The position numbers were made by a program, and so were the translations under genes. 64,000 nucleotides of DNA, from assembly GCA_040437565.1 (NCBI GenBank), contig JBDOQK010000043.1, positions 186,001-250,000 of the forward strand, read 5' to 3'. Position 1 is the first letter of the stretch, and each line of letters opens with the position of its first letter. Below the pieces are notes generated by a model. That model was given only the letters and a program-made list of their open reading frames with translations, was not told where the DNA came from and did not search any database. The stretch comes from Albugo candida. Its lineage: Eukaryota. Below are positions 13,585-26,368 of the stretch, piece by piece.

Positions 13585-14616
13585 ATGGAAGCACAGAACA
13601 AACGGTATACCTTTGACAACGAGAAAGAGAGTCTGCATTCTAAGACGAGGATCCATAAAAGCTTTGTGATAGTTCTCCTGAAGAAGGCTCCGAGAACATT
13701 GACCATTTCCTGTCGAGATGTACGGATAGCGCAAGTTCTCACGAGTCCAAGGCTGAGAAAGGATCCGTATGACGATCAAATTACCTCGAAATGTATTCTT
13801 CCATTTTCCGCACTGAATATAGTTGTCCTTCCATATCGAATTTCCTTCCGCAACGGCATTGTGGTCAATCGCAAAAGAATGGAAACATTGTGACGACAGT
13901 ACACTCAGCAGCCAATGACTTGGAAAGGAATTAAGTTTGATTGTCCGATCGTATTTCTATCCGTTGATACGAAAGTTTCCATATATTTATTTCTCGGAGC
14001 AGATCAATTCATTTTGGAATCACCTTTGTCGAAGACATCGAACCATACGGCCCCGGAATTCCTTTATCAGTCTATTCCTTTATCAGTCTATACGTATATC
14101 GAAACGATGGAAGACGTGCAATGTGGAGTGCCGAATAAATCATACTGTCAGAGTGCGTATACGCTGGTGCGGAGCCAGAAAACCCGCTTCCGTGAGTGCT
14201 TTGCCAAATTGATTTTGGGAGGTTTGAAACGATTCCAGGTTAGCGACGTTAATGACCACAGCGTACAGCTAATTATGTACACAGAAAATGTTCATGTTGC
14301 AGAGCAGCTGGCCATTACACTCGTGGACGATGTGTGCGGAGCAAAAGAACTTGCTGATGGTTTGCCGTTGAAGTCAATCGATTTCAGACAGATCGATTAT
14401 GGTGATGTTCACAGAATGGGATACACAACTTTTGAATGCAGAGACTGTGTGTACGACCACTGTGAAATCAATGAAGACGATGTGGTGAAAAAGAGCCTTA
14501 TGATAAGGTCGTGTCCTTTTGTTCATCTTTGCAAGGCAACTTGTGGGACTGAAATTACAGTCGAAAAGCTTGCGGGAAACATCCCATCGCCAGTTGAATA
14601 CAAGCCTCTTAAGTAA
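13585..14616 (+). CDS. Hypothetical protein (exon structure uncertain)
   Basis: Two adjacent same-frame ORFs (102 and 233 aa) in a gene-sized slot; no family recognised. Confidence 0.4.
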
Positions 14617-15162
14617 AGTAATAATGAGACAATTACCTTTGATTCCCAAATACAAACTCTCTTGATACATGCTGCTACAAGTAAAGCTCATCCGCATAGC
14701 TGCGTTGCTTCATACCACCAGTTTGAATATCGTTTGGATATTTGACATTCATAGACCATGACAGACTATGTACGTCACAACTCGCATCATTTAATTGAAG
14801 AATGCGTATCGTACAATCAAGCCTGCGTTTGCAGTGATAGGATCAAGTACGCAGATCAAAGCAGCTATTGGAGATATTATGGCTGTAATAGTAAGCAGCA
14901 AGCATGAGGTATTCGGTATTGCAAACTAGTTACTACGGCCTGGAAGTCTCCCTTCTGATGCGATCGGAGACTCGACAAGTACATTGGCGGTAAGTTTGCA
15001 TTAGGTTGCAAGTCGTGTCTTGGTGTAAAAAGGCTCAATGTTGCCAAACTCCACACGTGAGCTTGAGCCATTTGCATGTCCAACTATTTTGATGCACAGT
15101 ACGAACGTAAAAAAAGAAGGCTTATATTATTTGCTGCTGCTAACTGACCATTGAAGCGCTTC

Positions 15163-16141
15163 TTAATTGATCTTGGCTTTGCTGAAATCCATTTCAGGAT
15201 GTTGGGCCATAAACTTTTGTAACATTTCTTGTTTTTGCATATCGTCGCTTGAGGGCAATCCCATAGCCTTTTGCCGCTGATCAAACATCATTTTCTCCAC
15301 TGTCTGACGAGTATCAGCATCTAAATCCGATAACTTTGAGTTTTCCGGCTGTACCTTCTTCGTGTCGATTTCAGGGTCGCCTTTTAGAATGCAGTTCCAC
15401 CACTCCATTTGATTTTTTTTCTGCAAATAGATGCATAGTCGATTACCATCTTCCACCGTCCAAAAGCAGTCATCAACCATCACTTTCTCGTACAGTTCTC
15501 CATCAGCTAGTACGATGTCATCTGCGCGCCCATGAGAGCCTTTCCTCAAGACAACTGTAAGGTTCTTTGATTGAATCTTAACGTTCAAATCTTTGGATTT
15601 CGTTCCCTCGGGTAGCGGGAAGTTTACATTTGCTTCCTGTAATGTCTGTGTCCAAACATATTTCTCTGTCTTCCCACCATTTCCCTCGGGAGCTACAAGC
15701 AATACATTACATTCAATGTTTACGTGAAATGGACTGCTTACGCTTCTCATCATCGTTTGTATCAACTTTGGTTTTTGTCAAACTGTCAGCCTCCTTCACT
15801 TCTGCCGCATTGTCATCGCTGATCTCTTCGAATCGAGGCACTGATTCTGATTCTGATTCTGATTTAATAGGGGTTTTTGGTTTCTTTTGCGCCTTTTCCT
15901 TGGTCTCTTGTTGCTTGCGTTTACTGGCTGCATCTTTCTCAGCTAGCGCAGCTTGTTTCCGAATGGTAGACAGAACCATTTCTTCGACACGCGAGGTGCT
16001 TGCGCCTGAGAAAAAGTCTGTCTTGCGTCGCAGAAAAGAGAAGACTGTGTCCAATAGTGGCTCAATACCATGCTTTTGCTGTGCCATATTGAGCAGCAAG
16101 CCGTCGAAGCGTTCATCTGTTGCTGAGGAATCTGCCATCAT
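15163..16141 (-). CDS. NUDC: Nuclear migration protein NudC (intron 15693-15741)
   Basis: ERFDGLLLNMAQQ..GIEPLLDTVFSFLRRKTDFF; CS domain YVWTQTL; PENSKLSDLDADTRQTVEKMMFDQRQK.MGLP. Confidence 0.95.
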
Positions 16142-16466
16142 GAAAGGGTCGTAGAAATCTAGAAATTGCCGTCCTTGTTCGAGCCTGTATTGGTGTATCC
16201 ACGTGCATTATGTGTGCACACTATACAGAGGCTACTGTTTGACTGGCTCACAATATGATTTACGATACATTCCTACTTTGGNNNNNNNNNNNNNNNNNNN
16301 NNNNNNNNNNNNNNNNNNNNNNNNNNNNNNNNNNNNNNNNNNNNNNNNNNNNNNNNNNNNNNNNNNNNNNNNNNNNNNNNNATACATTCCTACTTTGGTT
16401 TAAATCTCCGGTCACCTTTCTTGATAAATACCCTTTCGATATTGATGCTATTTTATAAGTAAAGTG

Positions 16467-17717
16467 ATGGTCGATTTAGAATACGATGAGAGCAAATTAT
16501 GGAGTCCAACAAAGCGCCAGGAATACATTGACAATTTGGCGGAAATGTCGCTATTTGACGATCATGTTGTAGAAGGAGATGTTATGGTTGATGCAATACA
16601 AGCGTTGATTGAGGAGGGTGAAAGTGCTGAAAGTCTGGCAATGCATTGGAAGGCGAAAGGGAATGAAATGTTCCAAACTGCGAAAAAACACAATTCAAAA
16701 TACTATCGTGACGCGTTGCAATACTATTCGAAAGCTATTGCGTATGGACTTGAGGCACTGAAATTGACGCCAGAGCAACGAGCCCCAAGTTATAACATCA
16801 CGGAATTAATGGCTCAAATATACTCCAATCGATCCGCGGTTCATTTAGCACTGAAGAATTACGGAAGTTGTCGTTCAGACGCAGCGGTTGCAATTGGTTT
16901 TGACTGCAAGCACATCAAATCGTATTTTCGAGGTGCAAAAGCATCTCAAAAACTGCAAAAGCCTCATGACACGCTTCGGTATTGCATGGAAGGCCTTCAA
17001 ATTGATCCATCATCCAAACAGCTCCAACAGCTTGAAAAAGAAGCACGACTTCTTTTGCAAAAAATTCAATCAGAAATGGATCAGAAAGACAGGGAGCATC
17101 AACAACGTAGATCACAAGTCGCCCGATATCGTTCGTGGTGCGTTGCTCGTCGGATTCGAGTTGGCCGCTCCCTATTCGAAGATCAGCGAGTACGGCAGTA
17201 CGAATTAGCTCCGCATGTTGAGAACGAGACAAACGATATGGTTTGGCCAGTTCTTTTTCTCTATGATGAATACCAAACTTCTGATCTTGTGGAAGCATTT
17301 GGCGAGCATGATACATTCGTGGAACATTTGGCAAACATGTTTCCTGAAGGTGGCCCCTACTGTAAATGGGACATAGAAGAATCATATCAGGCTTCCAATT
17401 TGCTTCTTTATGTTCGAGCCAATGAATCGATTCCATTTCATACTGAGGAGGACTGGTATGTCGCTCTTGCCGAAGAGCCGGAGCCCGAGCAAGAGGAACG
17501 GGAGCGAATAGAGCGAGAAGAACGACATGCTTTACAAACGGAAGAATGGATACAGATCTCTCTTCTCAATGAACTTGTAAATCTTTTACAACACAAATCT
17601 TATGTCGTTCCCGGCATTCCCATCATACACGTGCAAGCTCGAAATTCCAAAGCAAATCGCGCCTTCATTCATCACAAAACATTCATTTCGATAAAGCAAA
17701 ATACTAAATCGATTTGA
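16467..17717 (+). CDS. TTC4: TPR co-chaperone TTC4/Cns1-like
   Basis: WKAKGNEMF...ALQYYSKAI, YSNRSAVHLALKNYGSC..D TPRs; wheel-domain motif WPVLFLYDEYQTSDLVEAF.E. Confidence 0.88.
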   Translation: MVDLEYDESKLWSPTKRQEYIDNLAEMSLFDDHVVEGDVMVDAIQALIEEGESAESLAMHWKAKGNEMFQTAKKHNSKYYRDALQYYSKAIAYGLEALKLTPEQRAPSYNITELMAQIYSNRSAVHLALKNYGSCRSDAAVAIGFDCKHIKSYFRGAKASQKLQKPHDTLRYCMEGLQIDPSSKQLQQLEKEARLLLQKIQSEMDQKDREHQQRRSQVARYRSWCVARRIRVGRSLFEDQRVRQYELAPHVENETNDMVWPVLFLYDEYQTSDLVEAFGEHDTFVEHLANMFPEGGPYCKWDIEESYQASNLLLYVRANESIPFHTEEDWYVALAEEPEPEQEERERIEREERHALQTEEWIQISLLNELVNLLQHKSYVVPGIPIIHVQARNSKANRAFIHHKTFISIKQNTKSI

Positions 17718-17831
17718 TTGGGTAAAACCTTTTTGAATTGATTATCTCTTTCTGTCCAATTCTCGCACATTATTTGACAGAATGTATTTTAATTGGCCAG
17801 ACATTTGTACGTGTAACAAAAGTTCGTCCCG

Positions 17832-18193
17832 ATGGTACTCACAGCTCGAGAATCTTGTTCCCTTCAGACTCTGACATCTCATCGTTCTGTGTTATAATTA
17901 TCAAACAGGCTGGACTAATCTTAAATCCAAAGCCATTTTTGACCGGTCTCACAGGGAAAAGCGTCGTGGTTCGTTTAAAATGGGGAATGGAGTACAAAGG
18001 AGTGTTGGTCTCCGTCGACTCGTACATGAACTTGCAATTAGCTGGCGCCGAAGAATATATCGACGGTAATCTGGCTGGAAATCTGGGTGAGATTCTAATT
18101 CGGTGCAATAATGTACTTTACCTCCGTGGACTTCGCGAGGATGAAAGCGAATGTCGTAAACCAGAGGATGACGCCGACATGGACGAGAGATAG
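17832..18193 (+). CDS. SNRPF: snRNP Sm protein F (ATG-only first exon, intron 17835-17908)
   Basis: [41 protein letters not shown]...[15 protein letters not shown]. Confidence 0.95.
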
Positions 18194-18287
18194 AAGTGAC
18201 GCTTGTTATTCAATATAGCATGCAATTGATTTTATAACAAGTGTGTTATCTGAATTAACTGTTATACGCAGCCGATATGAGTTGAAC

Positions 18288-20795
18288 TTAGGACTTTAAA
18301 AAACCAAACAGATCATCATCGTTAAAGTCAACATCCATATCGAGCGTCCCCCATCGCTCAAGATCGAATACGTCTTCAGAAATCTCTGAAATTGGATGAG
18401 AAGGAAGCGGATTCGATGCTGAGAAACTATTGCAAATCGGGTGAAGAACCGATGTTCTATCACATTGCGAGTTTTTCAATGATGCGGGAGGTTGATCAGA
18501 GGGTAGTAGCGTTATTTCCGGCAATTCTGACGTCGGATAGAAAAACCCATCGGGTTTCGTGGTTTGATGGTCCATTTGTGTGGAAATTGTCGATTCTGTA
18601 TCGTTGGGCTCGGGTTTTGGAAGTGCTGAAGAAACCATTTTTGGACGAATCTGTTTGTGCCGCATCGAAGAAATACTTGGAGGCAAACCGGATTGCGCCC
18701 ATTCTACCGGATTTTTTTCTTGCGTTGAACTAGCTTCCATCGACGAAGCGTCTGCTAAAACCTGGTTCTTCTGATTGTCGTCCCAAATGTGCTGAGATAC
18801 CGCAACTTTGCGCGATAGCATTTTCCGATGTAGATTCATTTGAGCATGCATCGCCAAATGCATTCGCGTCTGCACGTCCGAGGTCTCCTGATCCAACATG
18901 AGTGGCTCACATGCGAGAACGGCATTCCGTTCAGCCGCTGTCGTAAAACTGCGATCATGATCCATGGAAGATATCGTGGCTTCATCCGTTATAAAGTTTG
19001 ACTCACTCGATACAAGCACACTGTCGTTCGCTACAGTAATATTTGGGGACAACAACGAGCTCAATATACTCCACTGAGGATCGCTTTCTACGTCTCCTTC
19101 AAACTCGTGTCTTTCAGTGTCATCACCAGCCAGCAAATCGCCTTGATCTCCTTCCTCCGTCTCTATGTGGAATCTATCGACATTCGTTGCATCTCTAGAT
19201 TTGGATTCACACATCTCTGAATTCTTCTTTTGCGTACCACCATCCACTATCCGTCCACTTTTCCGAGAACCGGTTTTCGAAGAAGCCTAATNNNNNNNNN
19301 NNNNNNNNNNNNNNNNNNNNNNNNNNNNNNNNNNNNNNNNNNNNNNNNNNNNNNNNNNNNNNNNNNNNNNNNNNNNNNNNNNNNNNNNNNNGCTACAGTA
19401 ATATTTGGGGACAACAACGAGCTCAATATACTCCACTGAGGATCGCTTTCTACGTCTCCTTCAAACTCGTGTCTTTCAGTGTCATCACCAGCCAGCAAAT
19501 CGCCTTGATCTCCTTCCTCCGTCTCTATGTGGAATCTATCGACATTCGTTGCATCTCTAGATTTGGATTCACACATCTCTGAATTCTTCTTTTGCGTACC
19601 ACCATCCACTATCCGTCCACTTTTCCGAGAACCGGTTTTCGAAGAAGCCTAATTCATTTACGATACTTTTATACTGAAACTCTTTAATTTCGAGTAACGT
19701 ACCTGACAAAAATCTTTTTCGTTGCGATCAAACATATTCTCGTCCGTGTCATTCACATGATATATCGCACGCTGCGGTATATGAGGTGGTACATGACTCT
19801 TTGTAGTGTTTCGTGTACAAGTGTGAGATGCTATAGATTGTCCACCCGCGATGATGGTTGGTCTGGTATCAGCTCCAAGACCTTCTAAGTCTTTTGTTTC
19901 ATTACCATCTAGACTTTTGGCAACAGGAGTCCCATCCAGTGCATTCGGGTCAAATTGGACACATTTTGGTAATCGAGGAGACATTGTCGATTGACTCAAG
20001 TTCATGTGAATGTGTGTATTTTTATCATGATTCGGGAGAACCATTTCCCATTGTCTAGGTCGCTTACGACTCGCACCTGGGAGGTACATAAACATTGGGT
20101 GACACGGTGCCTTCATTGAGTCTTTTTCTGGTATCTGAATCTTGTTTGATTGCTTTTTGATACTTTGTTTTGAGTCTGTCGGTGCGTTTTGTTCATAATA
20201 AATGCGAAGGAATTCTTGGCGAGAGCGCTCATAATTCATTCGAAATTTCTGTAAATGACTTTTTAAATGCTCTGTTGTTAATTGTTCCGCTGAGCCGGTC
20301 GACTGCATGAGCTACGAACAAAAGTCATTCTCCCAATAATTCACATTCTTATACAAAACCTACCAATAACAGAGCTTTCGGCGACGCATTTTTGAGCCCA
20401 ACTACGAACAGAATTAAGGGAATTGAGAAATGGGTCAGCAATCACAATCGATAGAGAATCTCACCGTCAAAAATAGCAGCTACAAACAAGCGGTGAAGCT
20501 CTTCCGGCCAGACGAATCGCTTTGTTTTGCGTTCATACTTTCGATGAGAAGGTGAGGGAACATTTGGACGAGAAGAAGCGGTTCCACATGTTCTTTTCGT
20601 GCTTCCAATCGCTATTTCATTCTGACCCTTTGATTTGGATCGACTCGGGCGAACGGATGCCATCGATAAGTCTGTCATACAGTCAGACACAGCGACCGAA
20701 CCTGTCTTAGATTCGCATATTGAAGATTCGCAAATAGTCGAGCTTGGAGGGTAATTGTCCGTGTTGGATGAGGGTTCTGTTTCGGCTGAAAGCAT
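18288..20795 (-). CDS. GARP/SHAQKYF-class Myb transcription factor (several introns, gap duplication)
   Basis: KRFVWPEELHRLFVAAIFD / GLKNASPKALL / LTTEHLKSHLQKFR; C-terminal helical segment and acidic-hydrophobic tail. Confidence 0.88.
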
Positions 20796-21063
20796 TCCGC
20801 TCTACAACGTGATTGCCCGATTCTGATGGTATTAATTTATTACCGATATTGGTGAAGGGAGCAAGGAATGAGAAATGCGTGCAAAAGGGTCGAAGCGGAT
20901 GGACAGCTATTGATGAAAGCCAAGTGTGGCTTTTGTTCGAACGTCGAATGCGCACTTTGCTTATGTACGAATGCTAAATTCGAATGGTGAAGCAACTAAC
21001 GCCCAAATCAGCGAATGTCTTTCATCGACTTCAGGTGACGCACAACAGAACGTAAAGATTGTA

Positions 21064-22030
21064 TCATTCATACAGACTCTCATCGTATTCTATGTGATCT
21101 TCCAACTGACGTGCCGCTGCATTCAATGATTTCCATTCCTCTTCGATATCTTTGACAAGAGTGAGTGTGAGATTCTTCTTCTTCTTCTTCCAGAATACGT
21201 CTTTGATAGAACCGTACAGTTTTGTGATAATCAGACTTTTTGCGACGAGTCTGGTATCTGAATGAAACAGATCCAATGAGAGCGAAGATGTAGTCCATTT
21301 CTACATAAACATAATAAGTCTCATAGATTATTGGCTATAANNNNNNNNNNNNNNNNNNNNNNNNNNNNNNNNNNNNNNNNNNNNNNNNNNNNNNNNNNNN
21401 NNNNNNNNNNNNNNNNNNNNNNNNNNNNNNNNNNNNNNNNCATAAACATAATAAGTCTCATAGATTATTGGCTATAATATAAGAAAAAGCGTTTACCACT
21501 TTTAATTGATCATCTGTAAAGTCATCCGAGATTGAGTCACTGAGATAAATGCTACCACAAGAAAGCATCTTAGCTACGTATTGCATCCAGGGTCTACCTG
21601 ATTACTTCACAAAGCTTTTCTGATCGGTCCATGCGTACGTGGAGATCATCGTTTTCTTCACTGTAGCTTCATCTGAGCCATTTGATGATTGACGCTGCCG
21701 ATGCGCGTAATAATAGCTGTTGGCGCCATTTCTGATTATATTTTCTTGTAGTGCAGAAACTCCAGTATCCAAATCACTCTTTTGCTCTTTATTTGAAGTC
21801 TTCCGGAAAGATGTCTCTATCACATCCGAAACGGAATCTTTCGCAAATACTTTACGCCAAATGAAATGTAAAAACACTCCAGATAGAGCCACAAGCACCA
21901 GACTCAATGCAATTTCTTGGAATTTGGGCTTGTTTAGATGTAATACTCCCAAAGGCGTGACCAGCACGATGTAGTCAGCATCAGAATTTGGATTATAAAT
22001 GTACGGGAAGAACAACTTCGAGTTCGTCAT
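21064..22030 (-). CDS. Membrane-anchored CS (p23/SGT1-like) domain protein (spliced, spans gap)
   Basis: TM segment IALSLVLVALSGVFLHFIW, NSYYYAH motif, ISTYAWTDQKSFV, and L.ITKLYGSI.....KKKKNLTLTLVK....EWKSL typical of CS domains. Confidence 0.7.
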
Positions 22031-25000
22031 TCAAAACCCGATACTATAACTTGATTGGCCATAAAAAAATCCGTCAGATTGGATAATCAAAAGCTCGTGA
22101 AAATGCTCGACGGAATCCTCCAAGCTAAACGCATGAGATCGATGACTACGTAGAATCAGGCTGCCTCTGCATTCCAGCACCTTCCTCCCTCGCTTCTCAA
22201 ACCCCTCAAGATAGCACGAATGTCACTTTTTAGCCGCTTTTGCTGAAGTGGGCAACACCTCGTAATGGATTGCTTTGTGTAATGATCGGCTCAACTTTCT
22301 GAGGTAGGTATGCTACTGCGTGCTCTTTACCGTCTACTCCGCGACAATTGTCGTACACGGCTAGAGCGTGATGAAGTACTCCGCGGCTGGAGCAATTCGG
22401 CTGGACTGCGTGGAGGATGAGCGAGAGAGGAGAAGGTATTGTTCCACGCGCTGTAGTTTTCATGCTGTCGCCAGTCCGTTATGAGCCTTCACCCAATGTT
22501 CAAATTGGTCCGCTTTATAATATAGCTTTTGCGAAAGCTTTGCAGGACATGAGTAAAGAGAATATCACAGGTCTTACAGGCAAGTCAATTTATGAAGTCG
22601 CTCGATGCGGTCGTCCCGCCCTACCGTTTGTAGCTGTAATAGATTTTCTGATTCCTTTGAATGACAGCATACTTTCTCAGTTTGCTTTCTATCGCCTTAG
22701 TTGTATGGGAACATGTAAAGAGACAAACGGGTTGAATAGAAAATGATAATAAGCGTCCGAATGCATTGAATTGCATGGCATGGCTTATCGACACTTGCTG
22801 CGAGAACAACGTGTTTGGCACTGAGCTTTCGGTAGCCGCACGCAAACGATGTATAAACACGACAAACAGGTACGTATGCAGGTCAGATGAATTGCCATCC
22901 TCGTACTGAGGTTAAAAGTGGAAATTTATAATGATGGTGTTGATGTGATGGTGGGACACGGACAAATATATACTTCTCGTTGGACCAGTCCACCAGAAGC
23001 ACATACAAAGCGATGTAACTTCTTCGAGAAGGGTAATTATTTGAATGGAGCCTAATCAAAGACGGGCGTAGAGATGTCTCGTACTCCACAGACCGATGTC
23101 TCGTCGCGTGATCTTAACTGCCTCACTTGACGACATTGATTATTGTTCCCAAATACATTCATGAAGTTATGTTGCATTCTTTTGGTTTGACGCATATGGA
23201 AATACGGAAATGATGCGCTTTTGGTAACTGACAAATTGCCATTTTGCTTGAACCAAATTGAACTCGTCGAACGTCATTTGTTAGGATTTTATTGGATGAA
23301 GGCATGAGTCCCTATAGGAGTATACGACTTCCCAAACTCGTGCGTTTTATGCGTTAGAATGGCTTAAAACGCATCAAAAGCTTTATACAGAAGACCATAG
23401 ATGCACACTCACCACAAAGCACTACATAAGATCGTATGGAACGGTCGAAGGGTACTCCAATCAAAAATGGCAGTTATTGTCTCTAGATGTGACTTGTTGG
23501 GCTCAGGAGTTTGGACACAAGGATGGTGATTCTCACACACTTTGGTGTAAGTAGGTGCGAGACTTCCTTTGAAGCGTTGTTCGCTTCCCTGAGAATAAAT
23601 GATCTATTTTATGCTATACATTGTGTATGTCAATCGATGCGTGGGTAAAAAGTTTGTAGGAATCTACCCATTGAGGCAAGTATCACAAAATTGGGCCAGG
23701 AACCAATGGGACGGTTGAAAGAGAGGCGAAGAGCATGTAAACGATATGTGGATACGTTAGTATGATCGGTAAACATGTCTTACGACGCAGTGAAAGTGAA
23801 CGGGTATCATTATACAGGAGACTTTATAGGAATGTCTATCGAGTCACTGTTACCAGAAAAGGATATTGACTTGGGGATACCAAAGATTGACTCGTGTGTT
23901 GGCTCAAGGAAAATGTAGCGAATAGGAAGGGATGTATTTGCTGTTGAATGTATGCTTCATGCTTAATGGGCCTGATCATAATGGCTCGGTTCAATCAACG
24001 CCGGATCAACTGCCGTATCTATATGATCCTCATGTCCCGGGCAATAACCATCTTCGAACTCACCCATACCACACATTCGGATGACATTTTGTTTCGCCAG
24101 CGCGTGATCTTCGCGGCCGGTATACTTGACAGAATATATCTTGAACTCTCTAAGGTCTGAGTCAAATTTAAATTCAAAATTATGAGACACTGCGTGTTCA
24201 ATGCAAGGTGCATGATCCAAAATCTCATAATTTGAGTTCCTTTGTTCTGCGATTCGAAGTTCTCGGTATCTTACTGACCCGTGTCCACGCAACGGTAGTT
24301 TAAAACAGAATGTTTCTTGACACTCCACGAAAAGACGATCGAACGGAAACCACACGATCATCATCGCAGGAAACCATACACGTTGACTCGTTCTCATCTT
24401 GTTGGTATCAAAGTTCTTTGACTTGAATTAGAAAATGAGATATACTCTGACAGACGGATGGATTTTCAGAGCCATTCATTTTGCGACGTGACAAAATTGA
24501 TATATTCAGAGGGTTGAACAAGTAACCTGCTTATTCCGTTCTACGAACATTCCATCCTCCAATCACCTGTGCGTGGCAAAGCGAGTCACCTTTATCGAAC
24601 GATGCTGTCCCACTTCATCGACTCAAAACTCGATTNNNNNNNNNNNNNNNNNNNNNNNNNNNNNNNNNNNNNNNNNNNNNNNNNNNNNNNNNNNNNNNNN
24701 NNNNNNNNNNNNNNNNNNNNNNNNNNNNNNNNNNNGGTTATCAATTAAGCCAAGGTTTGTTTATGTTTCTCTAAGGTAGTGTTTGGTTATGAAAACACGT
24801 CCTTGCTGCTCCGACTTGATGGACGTAGAAGCTGTGGAATATTAGACGGCAACCTCATTTGCAAGATTGATCGAATTGCGATAAGTCTGCTTCACCAAGT
24901 TTGTGGAATGTCCGTAGGAATCAACTCATCGCGCGCAGAAGAGGCTTTCCACGGAAACGGATATGGTTCTTCAAGGAAACGCGTTCATAATATATCAAAA

Positions 25001-25159
25001 TTATAGTGAAGTACGGTGCCGATCGATGTTAAACGTCCTTACTTGTGCATTTCGAGGTTCCAAGCTTGTCGGATCACAGCTGAAACAGGACACTTAAAAG
25101 CTTCGTTTTGTGGTGATCTCGCTTCACATCGACGTATCTCACTTGGCTATTTGACATTG

Positions 25160-25222
25160 CCGTACAACACTTGCACCGGCGCTCCCAATCCGCACGGTCT
25201 ATCCCATGTTTTGATAGTAAGA
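25160..25222 (-). pseudogene. Short degenerate inverted fragment of the WDR31 gene (matches 367-429)
   Basis: 57/63 nt identical by manual alignment, including an exact 25-mer GAGCGCCGGTGCAAGTGTTGTACGG. Confidence 0.85.
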
Positions 25223-25874
25223 CCACATATCACCGAGTTTTGTGCTTTTCTTTTCAAAGACAAAAGAACATCTTCTATACATGGTTGTTGATGAGCTATT
25301 AATGTCGAGGATCTCCCCTCGACACATTCAGGGACATATTTACAAATTGCAAGAGTCATCTCTGACGAGAAGCCTTAAGCGAATTGCAATTCTGCGTGGA
25401 CTTTCCAAGCCAGCAATTCTGACGACGCTCGCTACTACAACATTGGAAATACAGAGATCTTTCATAGCTGTGGGAATTGAGATGCTAGATAGTACACATC
25501 GAGGCTAGAATGTCACAAGGAAATAGGAGCTCATGGCACGTAATCTTTGAACGGTGATAGTCCCTCAGGACAACGTCGTAATCAGCCTGTCACCGAATGC
25601 TTTGCGCAGATTAAAATCCCTTTTGCCTGGGCGAAAGATCTCATACTCGCGCTTTACATAATGTCCCTACTCGGCATCTTTGCACTTTGCATCCCTTCAG
25701 TCTTCACTACTCTTCTACCACAAGCGAACATGAATAAGATTAAAGCTAACTCGTTGTCCCATTTGACATTCTGTCACGTAAAATCCATCAAAAGTACTGC
25801 TTCTACTGCATGCAAGTCATAAGATTGGCTAATTTCAGTCATAAAGGAATACGACATTTGCGCGACAAGAACCA

Positions 25875-26324
25875 ATGACATTACGACGAATGCTTCGATT
25901 GTCAGCGGAAGAAGCTGGCGCTGCGCTTCGTCCGACCTTTGTCGATGGAAAGTGGCGTCAACCTCTTCTCTCATCGCGTAGAGCGGTAATGCTAAAGAAA
26001 CGCGCGCAAGCAGAAAATCTCGTCGGGAAATGGATCGTCGGGCACGGCGGATGGCTTCCGGAATGGGACAAACCGAACAAACATCACGTGATGCGACCGC
26101 CAAAAGGCCATAAAAACCAACGAAATGTACACGAAAGGTCTGAATGTCTCAAAGTTGCTATTTCTCTCTCTCTGATCGTTCACTTTAGAGTCGCTAAAAT
26201 CCAAGCAGCTTTGGACAAAATGCCACAGAAACTTGAGGAGCACCGCAAAGCTATAAAATCTGCCAAACCGTTGCAAGGACTCGAGCTATGGCTATCTGAG
26301 AAAGATGAAGACGTAGAGGAATAG
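25875..26324 (+). CDS. Mitochondrial ribosomal protein mL59 (yeast MrpL25 family); probable in-frame-looking intron ~26138-26189
   Basis: PTFVDGKWRQPLLSSRR...LKK, PKGHKNQR...ER..KI..AL.KMPQKLEEHRK. Confidence 0.8.
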   Translation: MTLRRMLRLSAEEAGAALRPTFVDGKWRQPLLSSRRAVMLKKRAQAENLVGKWIVGHGGWLPEWDKPNKHHVMRPPKGHKNQRNVHERSECLKVAISLSLIVHFRVAKIQAALDKMPQKLEEHRKAIKSAKPLQGLELWLSEKDEDVEE

Positions 26325-26368
26325 AGGTTTATTCGATTTTCGAGCAGTAGAGGATGCATCGACTCCAA

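Noticed and set aside
13585-14616. Two same-frame ORFs separated by a single TGA (possible selenocysteine or readthrough)
   Set aside because: No selenoprotein motif or SECIS was recognised. Intron-like sequence inside the ORFs makes ordinary splicing more likely.
14877-15083. 68-aa minus-strand ORF downstream of NudC
   Set aside because: No recognisable domain and no consistent spliced model could be built.
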